From the NCBI GenBank assembly GCA_965215185.1, contig OZ244034.1, positions 384,001 to 448,000 of the forward strand: DNA of 64,000 nt. The letters run 5' to 3'. Below the pieces are notes generated by a model. That model was not told the DNA's origin. It saw nothing but the letters and a program-made list of their open reading frames with translations, and made no database searches. The position numbers and the translations under genes are program-made. Below are positions 9,292 to 19,232 of this stretch, one piece after another (within the stretch, counting starts at the first letter, position 1; every line of letters starts with the position of its first letter). Source of the stretch: Acidimicrobiia bacterium. Lineage in GTDB: Bacteria > Actinomycetota > Acidimicrobiia > Spongiisociales > ZC4RG35.

Positions 9292-10155
9292 ATGAACTGG
9301 GACATCATCGGCCAGCAGCTTTGGAACGGCCTTCTCAACGGCTCCATTTACGTGATTTTCGCGGCCGGATTGAGCTTGGTGTTCGGAGTGATGCGGGTGA
9401 TCAACATGGCGCACGGGGAACTAACCATGCTCGGCGCCATGATCTTGTACACGGTGACCAAGCTGGTGGGTTTGGGGTACTTTGTCGGCGCGGGCGTGGT
9501 GGTGGTGATAATGGGCCTGGCCGGTTTCCTAGTCAACCGGGTGGCGGTCCGACCTTTCTTGGGTCAGTCGGAACTGGTGGTGATCCTCTCCACGGTCGCG
9601 CTCAGTTTCATGTTGTTGCATGGCAGTTTTGTGGTGTGGGGGTCGGAGCCGAAGGGTGTGGACGAGCCGTTCAATGAAATCCTCAAGGTGGGGGGCGTCT
9701 ACATCACTACCGCCGGTTTGCTTTTGGTGGGCGTGTGTTTCACTGCGGTGCTGGCTTTGTACCTGATACTCACCCACACCAAGCTCGGGAAAATGACCCG
9801 CGCCACCGGCCAGAACCTGCTTGGGGCTCGCCTGATCGGCATCAATACAACGGCAATCTACGATGCGACTTTGATCATTGCCTCCGGTTTGGCGGCGCTG
9901 GCCGGAGTGCTAATAGTCCTTGTGTCGACCGCGTCTCCCAACCTGGGCCAGCCCCTTCTTATCACCGGTTTCGCGGTTGTAATTGTGGCCGGAATGGGCA
10001 ATGTTGGGGGTGCGGTGGCGGTGGGACTGTTCCTGGGTGTCACCGAAGCATTATTCGGCCAGTTCATCTCCACTTACTATCGGCAGGGTTACCTGTACGT
10101 GGTGATGATCATTGTCCTGCTGCTGCGGCCGCAGGGTTTGTTCGGGAGAAGGTGA
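9292..10155 (+). CDS. livH: Branched-chain amino acid-type ABC transporter permease (LivH-like)
   Basis: NGLLNGSIY...GLSLVFGVMRVINMAHGE; PQGLFG C-terminus. Confidence 0.9.
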   Translation: MNWDIIGQQLWNGLLNGSIYVIFAAGLSLVFGVMRVINMAHGELTMLGAMILYTVTKLVGLGYFVGAGVVVVIMGLAGFLVNRVAVRPFLGQSELVVILSTVALSFMLLHGSFVVWGSEPKGVDEPFNEILKVGGVYITTAGLLLVGVCFTAVLALYLILTHTKLGKMTRATGQNLLGARLIGINTTAIYDATLIIASGLAALAGVLIVLVSTASPNLGQPLLITGFAVVIVAGMGNVGGAVAVGLFLGVTEALFGQFISTYYRQGYLYVVMIIVLLLRPQGLFGRR

Positions 10156-10156
10156 G

Positions 10157-11179
10157 ATGCGTTTGAGACTGGGTCCGGGGTTCTGGATCGGGATTCCGAC
10201 GCTGGTGATTGCGCTGTTGGTGCCGCTCACCCTCTTTACGAACCCCTACAACCGCGGGTTGCTGGTGTTGATTGTGATCTACGCCATAGCCGGTCTGAGC
10301 CTCGACTACATCATGGGGGAGATGGGGCAATTCTCGTTCGGACATGCCGCCTTCTGGGGTTTCGGTGCTTATGTTTCCGCCAAACTCGCCCTCGACCTGG
10401 GCATTTCACCATGGCTCGGTTTTGTGGCCGCCCCTTTGGCGGCCGGCTTGGTGGGTCTATTGATCGGCTATGTGGCTTTGCGCAGGACCCGCGGGTTGGA
10501 GTTGGCGATCGTCACCCTCGGGTTCGGGGTGCTGGCGTGGACGGTGGCTTTGCGGTGGAGGTCGGTTACCGGCGGCCCGTCAGGACTGCGCCAGATTCCT
10601 CCGCCCAGCCTCTTTGGTTGGGAGATACGTTCGGAATTGGCCTACTTCTATTTCGCCCTCTTGTTGCTTCTGGGGGTGATCTTCATCTTGGGGAGGTTGC
10701 GGAAGTCGCGTTTCGGAAGAGGAGTGCGCAGCATTCACGAAAATGAGGATCTTGCCAGATCCATCGGTGTTGCGGCCACCAAATACTACGTATTTGCCTT
10801 CGCATTTGCATGCGGGTTGGTGGGGTTTTCCGGAGCGTTGTACGCCCACCATTTCAGATTTGTCAACCCCAACCTTCTCGGTCTGCAGCCCATGTTCATC
10901 TTTTTGATAATTGTCTTGGTAGGCGGAACGGGGACCTTGTGGGGCCCGGTGTTCGGTGCGGCGATCTTTGTACTGGTGAGTGAGTGGTTGCGAGCTCTTC
11001 AGGAGTACCGGTTTTTGATTTTCGGGGTGGTCTTGCTGCTGGTGGTGCTATTCATGCCCAGCGGCGTGTACCCGGCGCTCCGGAACGCCCTGACGCGGCG
11101 TGGGGCGCGACACGGCCCTCAAGCTACCTCCGTATCTGCGGTTGAGGCCCCCGGGCCGGATGAGTCTGAGGTGAGATAG
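10157..11179 (+). CDS. livM: Branched-chain amino acid-type ABC transporter permease (LivM-like)
   Basis: GQFSFGHAAFWGFGAY, TGGPSG, GGTGTLWGPVFGA; start taken at ATG 10157. Confidence 0.9.
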   Translation: MRLRLGPGFWIGIPTLVIALLVPLTLFTNPYNRGLLVLIVIYAIAGLSLDYIMGEMGQFSFGHAAFWGFGAYVSAKLALDLGISPWLGFVAAPLAAGLVGLLIGYVALRRTRGLELAIVTLGFGVLAWTVALRWRSVTGGPSGLRQIPPPSLFGWEIRSELAYFYFALLLLLGVIFILGRLRKSRFGRGVRSIHENEDLARSIGVAATKYYVFAFAFACGLVGFSGALYAHHFRFVNPNLLGLQPMFIFLIIVLVGGTGTLWGPVFGAAIFVLVSEWLRALQEYRFLIFGVVLLLVVLFMPSGVYPALRNALTRRGARHGPQATSVSAVEAPGPDESEVR

Positions 11180-11946
11180 TGCCGATACTGCAAACCACGG
11201 GGCTCACCAAGCTGTTCGGTGGCCTGTCGGCGGTCGACGATTTGGATCTTCGTGTGGAGGAGGGCGAGATCATGGGTTTGATCGGTCCCAACGGCTCCGG
11301 GAAAACCACCGCTCTGAACCTGATAACCGGTTTCATCAAACCCACCCGCGGCGGGGTGACTTATCAGGGAAACGACATAACCGGCGCTCAGCCTCAAGAT
11401 CTCGCCCGCGTGGGATTGGTTCGTACTTTCCAGATAACCACGCTCTTTGAGAATCTCAGGGTTCGGGACAACGTGCTCCACGGCAGCCATCTTGCCAACC
11501 CGACATCCTTGGTGGGAGCTTTGACCCGTTCCCGCAAGTACCGGGAGCAGCAGGCCACCATGGAAGAACGAGTATGGGAATTGCTCGAATTCGTGGGTCT
11601 TCAGGGCCGCATCGACGCGATGGCCCGTGACCTCTCGGCGGGTGAGCACCGCTACCTGGAGATTGCTATCGCCCTGGCGGCCAACCCCAAGATGCTGCTG
11701 CTCGACGAACCGGCGACCGGACTGAACCCGGAAGAGGCCGGCTTTTTGATGAGTCTGATCAGGACGTTGAGAGATCGGGGGGTGACGGTGCTGCTCATCG
11801 AGCACAATATGCGACTGATCATCAACATTTGCACCCGGATCACGGTGCTGAATTTCGGCGCCAAGATCGCCGAAGGCTCGCCTGAGGAGATCGTGGGCGA
11901 TGAAGCCGTTGTGGCGGCCTATTTGGGGAAGAGGCGCGGTGCTTGA
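11179..11946 (+). CDS. livG: ABC transporter ATP-binding protein (LivG-like)
   Basis: GPNGSGKT Walker A, LLLDEP, IEHNM, AAYLG. Confidence 0.92.
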   Translation: MPILQTTGLTKLFGGLSAVDDLDLRVEEGEIMGLIGPNGSGKTTALNLITGFIKPTRGGVTYQGNDITGAQPQDLARVGLVRTFQITTLFENLRVRDNVLHGSHLANPTSLVGALTRSRKYREQQATMEERVWELLEFVGLQGRIDAMARDLSAGEHRYLEIAIALAANPKMLLLDEPATGLNPEEAGFLMSLIRTLRDRGVTVLLIEHNMRLIINICTRITVLNFGAKIAEGSPEEIVGDEAVVAAYLGKRRGA

Positions 11947-12643
11947 GGTCAATTCCCTCAATGTGGCCTACGGGCGGGTACAGGTGCTATTCGATGTCTC
12001 GATCAGCGTCGGAGAAGGCGAATTGGTGACCGTGATCGGGGCCAACGGAGCCGGCAAAACCACCCTGCTTCTGACCATCTCTGGGGTGCTCAAGCCCATG
12101 GACGGAAGTATCTCATTTGCTGGTGAGGGAATCGACGACCGCCAACCGCATGAGATTTTTAGTATGGGGCTGGGTCATGTCCCACAGGGCAAAGAACTCT
12201 TCCCGGCCATGACCGTCCTGGATAACTTAGAGATGGGCGCCCACTTGGTGAAGGATCGGGTCGAGTACCAGGAGCGACTGGCTCGGGCTTTCGAGTTCTT
12301 TCCTCGTCTCTCCGAACGGGCCCGCCAGCGGGCCGGCACCCTGAGCGGTGGGGAGCAGCAGATGCTGGCCATCGCCCGGGCGCTGATGGGCAAGCCCGAT
12401 TTGCTGCTCTTGGACGAGCCTTCGGCGGGACTGGCGCCGATCATCGTTGATCACCTGGCCGAGATCATCCTTGACTTGAACGAACAAGGCCTGACGGTGC
12501 TCCTGGTTGAGCAGAACGCGTACTTGGCGCTGGAGATCGCCAAGAAGGCCTACGTCATGGAGTCGGGCCTGGTTGTGGAAAGCGGTGACACAGCAGCGGT
12601 GCTCGAAAGTGACCTGGTGCGGCGCGCCTACATGGGGATCTGA
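11939..12643 (+). CDS. livF: ABC transporter ATP-binding protein (LivF-like)
   Basis: GANGAGKT, LSGGEQQM, LLLDEPS, VEQN; GTG start at 11939. Confidence 0.92.
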   Translation: MLEVNSLNVAYGRVQVLFDVSISVGEGELVTVIGANGAGKTTLLLTISGVLKPMDGSISFAGEGIDDRQPHEIFSMGLGHVPQGKELFPAMTVLDNLEMGAHLVKDRVEYQERLARAFEFFPRLSERARQRAGTLSGGEQQMLAIARALMGKPDLLLLDEPSAGLAPIIVDHLAEIILDLNEQGLTVLLVEQNAYLALEIAKKAYVMESGLVVESGDTAAVLESDLVRRAYMGI

Positions 12644-12645
12644 CA

Positions 12646-14703
12646 ATGGGTCTGCGAATCGGGGTTGACATCGGGGGGACCTTTACCGATTGGGTGATGG
12701 TCGATCAACAGGGAAGAGTGGAGGTTATCAAAACACCTACCACCCCGGATGGGTTCAGTGGGGTGTTCAATGCCATGGACGAGGCCGAGGTGAATGGCCA
12801 AAAGTTCAATTTCTTTGCTCACGGAACCACGCTGGGTACCAACGCGCTTATCCAAAGGCGACTCCCCCGGGTGGCCATGGTCACCACCAGGGGAGTCACC
12901 GCCGTGTTGACCCAGGCTGCCCGGGGCTCCAAGGAGGACATTTGGGACATTTATGACGAATCTCCCCGACCTTCGATCGTTAAGCCCCGCGATCGTCTGG
13001 AGGTCACCGAGAGGACGCTTAGTTCCGGGGAGATCCGCATTCTGTTGGACGAGAAAGAAGCAAGGAAAGTGGCGCGGGTCCTGCGTGGTCGGGGTATCCG
13101 GACCATCGCGATCTGCTTTCTCCACTCCTACACCAACGGTCGGAACGAGCAGAGAATGAAAGAGATCATCCTGGAGGAGTACCCGGAGGCGCTGGTTCGT
13201 ACCTCCAATGAAACCATTCCCCGGATTCTCGAATACGAGCGTTTCACCACCACCATCCTCAATGTGGCGCTCATCCCGGTGATGATCGATTACCTGCAAG
13301 CCCTGGAACAGGGCCTTAGAGCCCGGCATTATGAGGGTGATGTGCTGATTGTGCAGTCGGCAGGTGGGCTGATGGGAGTCGAGGCCACTGCCAACATCCC
13401 GGTGAGGACTGCCAACTCCGGCCCCTCGGCGGGGGCGATCGCCGCCCGGGAAATAGGCTCACTGGCCGGCTTCGACAATGTCATCGGACTTGATATCGGG
13501 GGCACCAGCACTGATGTCTCGGTAACTCTGGACGGCCAGGTTCGGACCACCGGAGCCTGGGAGGTGGAGTGGGGTCATCCGATCATGTTCCCCGCAGTGG
13601 ACATAATCACGGTGGGGGCCGGGGGAGGGTCGGTGGCGTGGTTCGATCCGGGCGGCAAGCTTCGATCCGGACCTCACAGCATGGGAGCGGTTCCCGGTCC
13701 TGCATGCTATAGCAAAGGAGGAGATCACCCCACCAACACCGATGCCCATGTGGTGCTGGGAAACCTGAGACCGGGCGCCATGTTGGGCGGAGCGATGGAG
13801 ATCTCAGCCGCCTTGGCGGGGAAGGTAATCAATGACAAGATCGGTCAGAGGCTCGGCGCTGACGCAGTATCCGCCGCGGCGGCGGTGATAGCTGTGGCCG
13901 AAGCGAACATGGCCAACGCCATCAGGCTGGCGACCATGAGGCGGGGCCTCGACCCTCGTGACTTCGCCATGGTGGCATTCGGTGGGGCCGGCCCCTTTCA
14001 CGGAGCCAGGGTGGCGGCCGAGTTGCGGATTCCGACGGTGGTGGTGCCTCCCAGTCCGGGACTCACTTCGGCCCTGGGGTGTCTGATGGCCGACATTCGT
14101 CACGACCTGGGGGCCAGCATGTTCTATGGGGATGCGGCTGCGGTCGACCTCGAGGAGATGAATGCCCGGTTTGATGAATTCGATGCCTATGTGAGGGCTG
14201 CCCTGGACCGCGAGGGCATTCCCCACGATCGCCAGTTCGTGGAGCGGACCATCGACATGTGCTACGCAGGGCAGTGGAGGGTTTTCGCAATACCGGTCAC
14301 CGGCATGATGACCACCGAACGCCTTTCTGAGAGCGTGGAACTCTTCAAGAAGCTGTACCTGCAGAGGTTCTCCTTCGATCTGGGTGCGCGGGAGGTGGAG
14401 ATCCATGGGATCAATGTGACTGGAACGGGAATCTCCGATAAGTACCGTCCTCGGCGGGGGAGAGCCATGCCCACTGCCAGTCCTGTCTCCGACTCCCGTC
14501 CGGTGTACTGGAGAGAGGCAGGAGGGTGGGTGGATACACCGGTATGGTCTCGATCTTCTCTACCGGCGGGTTTCCGGACAGTGGGTCCGGCAGTCGTGGA
14601 GCAAATGGATTCCACCACCCTGGCGCCACCCGGTGTGAGTCTCTACGTAGACGAGTATCTCAATCTGGTCTTGGACATCACCGGGAGTGGGGGGACCTTG
14701 TGA
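12646..14703 (+). CDS. Hydantoinase/oxoprolinase family subunit A (ATP-dependent cyclic amide hydrolase)
   Basis: DIGGTFTD, HGTTLGTNA, SGPSAG, DIGGTSTD, GAGGGS, PGPACY, FGGAGP. Confidence 0.93.
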   Translation: MGLRIGVDIGGTFTDWVMVDQQGRVEVIKTPTTPDGFSGVFNAMDEAEVNGQKFNFFAHGTTLGTNALIQRRLPRVAMVTTRGVTAVLTQAARGSKEDIWDIYDESPRPSIVKPRDRLEVTERTLSSGEIRILLDEKEARKVARVLRGRGIRTIAICFLHSYTNGRNEQRMKEIILEEYPEALVRTSNETIPRILEYERFTTTILNVALIPVMIDYLQALEQGLRARHYEGDVLIVQSAGGLMGVEATANIPVRTANSGPSAGAIAAREIGSLAGFDNVIGLDIGGTSTDVSVTLDGQVRTTGAWEVEWGHPIMFPAVDIITVGAGGGSVAWFDPGGKLRSGPHSMGAVPGPACYSKGGDHPTNTDAHVVLGNLRPGAMLGGAMEISAALAGKVINDKIGQRLGADAVSAAAAVIAVAEANMANAIRLATMRRGLDPRDFAMVAFGGAGPFHGARVAAELRIPTVVVPPSPGLTSALGCLMADIRHDLGASMFYGDAAAVDLEEMNARFDEFDAYVRAALDREGIPHDRQFVERTIDMCYAGQWRVFAIPVTGMMTTERLSESVELFKKLYLQRFSFDLGAREVEIHGINVTGTGISDKYRPRRGRAMPTASPVSDSRPVYWREAGGWVDTPVWSRSSLPAGFRTVGPAVVEQMDSTTLAPPGVSLYVDEYLNLVLDITGSGGTL

Positions 14704-16547
14704 ACCCGCAAGCGCCGAATCCGAACATCGTGCCGGGTGTGGACCCGGTGACCTTTTCCATACTCTCCAGCGCATTCGTAAGTCTGGTGGACGAGATGGT
14801 GGGCGCGTTGCAGGATGCCTGCCTGTCATTCGTGATCTATGTGGGGGATGTCAGCGGGGGACTGCTCAATGCCAGGGGCGAGCTGGTCGCCCAAGGGACA
14901 CGCGATGTGGCGGTTCACGTGGGGGCGCTGCAACCGAGCACCAAGGCGGTGATCGAGGACTTCATCGAGGTGGAGGGCGGTATCGAAGAGGGTGACGTGT
15001 ACGCCTTCAACGAGCCTTATCGGGGTGGAACCCATCTTCCGGATATGACCTTTATCAGTCCGATCTTCTGGCAGGACGAACTGATCGCGTTCACGGCCAC
15101 CAAGGGCCACTGGTCGGATGTTGGCGGCGCCACGCCCGGCTCCATGAATGCCCTGGCTGCGGATATTTATGCTGAAGGCCTGGTCGTCCCACCACTCAAA
15201 GTGGTCTCCCGGGGTGTTATTCGCCACGATGTCCGCAACCTGATAATGGCCAACATCCGCATACCCATCAACGCCACCGGTGACCTCATTGCCCACATAG
15301 AAGCCGCCCGGGTGGGGGAGAGGCGCCTGCATGGTCTCGTAGAGAAATACGGGATCGACACCGTCCTGGCGTCCATGGAAGGAACCCTCGATCATTCCGA
15401 GCGGGAACTGGCCGCCGAGATCCTCCAATGCCCGGAAGGGACCTGGGAGACCGAGGACTTCATCGACTACGATCCTCAGGCACCCGAGGATGGCCCGGTC
15501 CGCGTCTCATTGAAGATGACCATCGAACACGACCCGCCGCGGGTCATCTATGACATGAGAGGGTCGGGGCCGCCGGTTCAATCCGGTATGAACGGCACGC
15601 GCGGTTCCACCTTCGGCGCCTTGGTGGCCGGGACCCACTACATCTTTCCCAAGCCTCTCATGAATGCCGGATGGCTTCGCATCATCAAAGCGATCTTTCC
15701 CGAGACAAGCGTGGTTAACGCGGTCCGGCCCTACGCGGTCTGCGGGGAGGTGTCGGGGGCCTACGAGAAGACCACTGCTTGCATCCAACGGGTGTGGGCC
15801 GAAGTCTTGCCCCGAAAGTCCTTTGCCGGCAACTTCAACCTCGAGTACGTGGTGGCAGGGGGCATAGACGATCGGCCCGGTCGAAACAACAACTACTTCG
15901 TCTACTACCACTGGCACACCGGTGGCTGGGGAGGAAAGTACGGCGCAGACGGAAGAGACTGCGGAGCGGCGATCTTCGGGCTGGGCATCCTGAACCAGTC
16001 GAGCGAGGTCATTGAGAGGATGTGGCCGGTCACCTTCGAACGCCTGGCGCCGGTCACCGACTCCATGGGGGCGGGGAAGTGGAGAGGAGGGGCCGGGCTG
16101 GAGTCAGTGCTTAGAGTCGAGAACGCCGGTGGAGTCCGCCTTTCGTACATAGCCGACCGGGGGGAAGATGGGCCCGGCGGTCCCCGGGGCCTCTTCGGAG
16201 GCAGAGACGGCATCCCGATCCGGGTGGTAAAGAACATCAACACGGATGAAGAGGAGAACCTCCCGATCTATTTTGCCGACGAATTCGTCGGGCAGCACGG
16301 AAACTTCTATCACGTCTCCTCGGGAGGCGGAGGATACGGTGATCCCCTCCAACGGGATCCGGAGGCAGTCTTGGAAGACGTAATGGACAGATATGTTTCG
16401 CTCGAGTCCGCCCGTGCCGACTATGGGGTGGTTATCGAGGTTCGAGACGCCGACCTTCTCGACTACCGAATCGATATCGAAGCCACAAGAACTTTGCGGG
16501 CCAAGCGGCGCCGCGCCCGATCAGACACAGGAGAGAAAAAGCCATGA
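14700..16547 (+). CDS. Hydantoinase B/oxoprolinase family subunit
   Basis: DPVTFSIL, NEPYRGGTHLPD, HWSDVGG, GAGKWRGG, GGGGYGDP; GTG start overlaps the upstream stop. Confidence 0.93.
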   Translation: MNPQAPNPNIVPGVDPVTFSILSSAFVSLVDEMVGALQDACLSFVIYVGDVSGGLLNARGELVAQGTRDVAVHVGALQPSTKAVIEDFIEVEGGIEEGDVYAFNEPYRGGTHLPDMTFISPIFWQDELIAFTATKGHWSDVGGATPGSMNALAADIYAEGLVVPPLKVVSRGVIRHDVRNLIMANIRIPINATGDLIAHIEAARVGERRLHGLVEKYGIDTVLASMEGTLDHSERELAAEILQCPEGTWETEDFIDYDPQAPEDGPVRVSLKMTIEHDPPRVIYDMRGSGPPVQSGMNGTRGSTFGALVAGTHYIFPKPLMNAGWLRIIKAIFPETSVVNAVRPYAVCGEVSGAYEKTTACIQRVWAEVLPRKSFAGNFNLEYVVAGGIDDRPGRNNNYFVYYHWHTGGWGGKYGADGRDCGAAIFGLGILNQSSEVIERMWPVTFERLAPVTDSMGAGKWRGGAGLESVLRVENAGGVRLSYIADRGEDGPGGPRGLFGGRDGIPIRVVKNINTDEEENLPIYFADEFVGQHGNFYHVSSGGGGYGDPLQRDPEAVLEDVMDRYVSLESARADYGVVIEVRDADLLDYRIDIEATRTLRAKRRRARSDTGEKKP

Positions 16548-17899
16548 ACGACATCCGAGCCCAATTTGTGGAGCGCTACCGGCAGCGCACCCCCCGATCC
16601 CGCCGACTATACGAGCAGGCAAAAGAACATCTCCCGGGTGGAGTTCCCGGTAACGCCGGATACCGGCCGCCCCACCCGCTGTATGTGGACCGCGCCAGCG
16701 GACCCTTTCTCTGGGATATCGACGGTAACCGGTACATCGACTCTCTGATCGGCGGCGGCCCTCATATCCTGGGCCATTCTCCACCGGCGGTGATGAATGC
16801 GGTGGCGGAACAACTCTCGGCGGGTACCAGCACCATCGCCCCCCCGCCCACCGCCGTGGCTTTGGCCAGGCGGATCAAAAAGCACATGCCACACATGGAG
16901 ATGGTGCGTTTCGTGCATACCGGCTCGGAGGCGGTCCACATGTCAATGCGGGTGGCCCGCGCTTTCACCGGGAGACCGAAGATCGGAAAATTCGAGGGCA
17001 ACTTCCACGGCGGCTACGACAACCTGCTCGTCAGCGGAACGTCGTTCGGTGGACCCGAGGAGCGGCCGCTGTCTGTCCCGGAGGGGGCAGGAATCCCTCA
17101 GAGTGTTCTTGACGATACGGTGGTGTTGCCGTTCAACAACACCGACGCTACGGTGGCTCTCATCGAGCGGCACGCCAGTGAACTGGCCGCGGTGATGGTC
17201 GAGGCGGTGGGCGGAACCTGGCTGGGAGGTATTGTGGCCGAACAGGGGTTTTTGGAGGCGCTTCGGGAGGTAACCGCCCGCCACGGGATCCTGCTGATCT
17301 TCGATGAGGTGATCACCGGCTTCCGAGTGGCCCTGGGCGGAAGCGCCGCCGTCACCGGAATTACTCCCGATCTGACCGCCTTGGCCAAGACAATCGGAGG
17401 AGGGTTCCCGATGGGAGCGTTCGGTGGTCGACGCGATGTTATGGACCAGGTGGTCACTCCCAAACGGGATGCAAGCGATGACCGCGTCACCATTTTCCAG
17501 TCGGGGACTTTTCAGAGCAATCTGGTGTCCTTGACGGCAGGGCTGGCAATGCTCTCGGAACTGGAGAAACCGGGCGTTTATGAAAAGCTGAACGATCATG
17601 GTGATCAAGTGCGCCAGGGGATGGAAAAGATCGGCGCCAATTTGGGCCTCCCCATCCAGGCCATCGGGCAGGGATCCATCTTTGGGGTTTATTTTGCCGA
17701 GGAACCGGTCCGCAATATCCGGGATGTGGTGCGAAGCGACCGAGAACTGGCCGGGATCTTTTATCTGGGACTATTGGCCCATGGAGTGTTTATCACCCCC
17801 TATCACCTGGGATTCACCAACGCCGCGCAGACTCAGTCGGAGATTGATGGGATACTCGACATCTGTCAAGCCGTGCTGGAAACCATCATGGAGGGCTGA
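16544..17899 (+). CDS. Class III PLP aminotransferase (GSA-aminomutase-like)
   Basis: WDIDGNRYID, TGSEA, FEGNFHG, LIFDEVITGFR, PDLTALAKTIGGG. Confidence 0.9.
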   Translation: MNDIRAQFVERYRQRTPRSRRLYEQAKEHLPGGVPGNAGYRPPHPLYVDRASGPFLWDIDGNRYIDSLIGGGPHILGHSPPAVMNAVAEQLSAGTSTIAPPPTAVALARRIKKHMPHMEMVRFVHTGSEAVHMSMRVARAFTGRPKIGKFEGNFHGGYDNLLVSGTSFGGPEERPLSVPEGAGIPQSVLDDTVVLPFNNTDATVALIERHASELAAVMVEAVGGTWLGGIVAEQGFLEALREVTARHGILLIFDEVITGFRVALGGSAAVTGITPDLTALAKTIGGGFPMGAFGGRRDVMDQVVTPKRDASDDRVTIFQSGTFQSNLVSLTAGLAMLSELEKPGVYEKLNDHGDQVRQGMEKIGANLGLPIQAIGQGSIFGVYFAEEPVRNIRDVVRSDRELAGIFYLGLLAHGVFITPYHLGFTNAAQTQSEIDGILDICQAVLETIMEG

Positions 17900-17941
17900 T
17901 TGTTTGACTGGCGCGCAGTTGGGTAGGAGACCGGAGTCGGT

Positions 17942-19156
17942 ATGACGGGAATGCTCTCGGGAGTGACGGTCCTGGAACTGGGCCAAGTGATCGCTGGCAC
18001 CTATGGCGGCATGATCCTGGCCGATCTGGGCGCCGAGGTGATCAAGATCGAACCTCCCTGGGGCGACGCGGCCCGGAACCCGACGATTACTCCGGTGGGA
18101 GGGGAGAGCGCCATTCATTTGCAGATGAATCGAGGGAAAAAGAGCATGGTGCTCGACCTGAAGAGCGACGCGGGGCGGGAGATCTTCTATGGTCTGGTCG
18201 CCAAATCGGATGTGGTGATCGACAACTTCCGTCCCGGGGTTATGGCACGCCTGCGGATTGGCCACGAAAGTCTTCGTCGACACAACCCGCGGCTCATCAC
18301 GGTTTCCATCACTGGGTTCGGCGCCACCGGACCTGCCCGAGACCGGCCGGCTTTCGATCTGGTGGTGCAGGCTTACAGTGGTCTTCTCAGCATGACCGGA
18401 CCGGCCGACGGACCGCCCGCTCGAGTGGGGATTCCCATCGCTGACATCTCCGGTGGAATTTTTGCCTGTCTGGCGGTGCTGGGAGCTCTGGTAGGTCTGC
18501 AGCTGCATGGAGAGCCCAAACACGTTGATGTCTCGATGCTCGACGCGCTGGTCTCCATGTTGTCTTATGACGCCTTCGATCATTTGAACACCGGTGCCCG
18601 AATCGAGCGGCGGGGAACCGCCCACGCTCACATCGTCCCGTGGCAGGCCTTGGCGGTCAAGGATGGCTACGTGGTGGTGGCCGTCCGCGGTGAGAAGTTC
18701 TGGGGAAACCTCTGTGACGCGATCGGTCGTCCCGACCTCAAGGAAGACCCGCGCACCAGGGACAACGCCGCTCGTTTGGAGAATCGTTCCTACGTGGAGA
18801 AGATCCTGTCCGAAGCATTTGCTAAGCGGACCAAGGACGAGTGGACCGCAATGATGGAGGAGTACGATCTTCCTGTCGCCCCGGTCAACGACATAGCGGA
18901 GGTATTCACCGACCCGCAGGTCCGGGCCAGGGGGATGGTGCAGCAGTACGGGCATCCTTTTTTGGGGGATCTCTCATACCCGCCCAGCCCCATGAAGATA
19001 AGTGAGTGGAGCTATCCCAACCAGCCCGCTCCCATCCTGGGTCAGCACACCGCCGAGGTGCTCCTGGAAAAGTTGGCCTACTCGACCGAGGCAATTGAGG
19101 AGTTGGTGGCTCGCCGAATCGTGCAGACCGGACCAAGTCAAGGCGAGGGGTTATAG
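17942..19156 (+). CDS. Family III CoA transferase (CaiB/BaiF)
   Basis: LADLGAEVIKIEPP, NRGKKS, DNFRPG, PIADISGG (catalytic Asp), APILGQHT. Confidence 0.93.
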   Translation: MTGMLSGVTVLELGQVIAGTYGGMILADLGAEVIKIEPPWGDAARNPTITPVGGESAIHLQMNRGKKSMVLDLKSDAGREIFYGLVAKSDVVIDNFRPGVMARLRIGHESLRRHNPRLITVSITGFGATGPARDRPAFDLVVQAYSGLLSMTGPADGPPARVGIPIADISGGIFACLAVLGALVGLQLHGEPKHVDVSMLDALVSMLSYDAFDHLNTGARIERRGTAHAHIVPWQALAVKDGYVVVAVRGEKFWGNLCDAIGRPDLKEDPRTRDNAARLENRSYVEKILSEAFAKRTKDEWTAMMEEYDLPVAPVNDIAEVFTDPQVRARGMVQQYGHPFLGDLSYPPSPMKISEWSYPNQPAPILGQHTAEVLLEKLAYSTEAIEELVARRIVQTGPSQGEGL

Positions 19157-19189
19157 GAGTTATGGACACTGTGTCTGATATACGGACAC
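19153..19189. promoter_or_regulatory. Second candidate IclR operator upstream of the E1 alpha gene
   Basis: GTCTG-ATATA-CGGAC (19173-19187) with a degenerate box ending TGGAC 20 bp upstream; shares 12 bp with the 6135 site. Confidence 0.5.
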
Positions 19190-19232
19190 TTCCCGAGGGA
19201 TTAACGATCGGCTCGGCAAGGCGTAGGGTGGA

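Noticed and set aside
16544-17899. Calling either class III aminotransferase hemL
   Set aside because: There are two diverged copies in a catabolic context with no tetrapyrrole genes; only the family-level call is supported.
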